Origin: Yuukianura sp. NJ FZ-2021
Lineage: Eukaryota
Assembly: GCA_046563655.1 (NCBI GenBank)
Contig: CM102290.1
Span: forward strand, 2,046,001 to 2,110,000
Direction: 5' to 3'
Length of the DNA stretch: 64,000 bases
In this document: piece after piece, positions 63,936 to 64,000 of the stretch
Layout: the number at the start of each line of letters is the position of its first letter
How positions within the stretch are numbered: the first letter of the stretch is position 1
The notes under the pieces: generated by a model
What the model was told of the DNA's origin: nothing
Seen by the model: the letters and a program-made list of their open reading frames with translations, nothing else
Databases searched by the model: none
Translations under genes and position numbers: made by a program

Positions 63936-64000
63936 TTATCACGTGACATTGGTTACGTCCTGTACTCAGCCCTCGGAAGTTTCTACATCCCTTCTTGCAT
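63936..64000 (+). CDS. Octalpha2R: Octalpha2R second coding exon (end of ECL2 and TM5); continues beyond the window
   Basis: The acceptor tgtgtttttcag at 63935 is followed by LSRDIGYVLYSALGSFYIPSC, the TM5 sequence expected directly after ...LPQCG in this receptor. Phase 0 matches the donor at 37023. Confidence 0.92.

Overview
AT-rich eukaryotic (arthropod-like, probably pancrustacean) genomic DNA. Most introns are short (about 70-300 nt). Three spliced protein-coding genes lie on the + strand: (1) the last three exons of an SPPL2-type intramembrane aspartyl protease (<1-732); (2) a complete 12-exon secreted CUB-like-domain S1A serine protease (4720-8859, ~533 aa) with an intact triad and an unusual Ala189/Ser216/Asp226 specificity pocket; (3) an alpha2-adrenergic-like octopamine receptor (Octalpha2R), whose first coding exon (36393-37022) splices across a 26.9-kb intron to an exon starting at 63936. 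The non-coding DNA holds 20 short non-autonomous DNA transposons (220-295 bp, about 8% of the window). They have CAAGG...CCTTG termini, mostly 8-bp TSDs and a shared subterminal AACAGGTT motif, consistent with P-element-superfamily MITEs in five families. Also present are Helentron/DINE-1-like elements, other fold-back elements, minisatellites, and strongly over-represented short motifs (GGCGGGA and TTAGGTTAG). No transposase, RNA gene or CRISPR array was found. All coordinates and counts were obtained by eye, without database searches.
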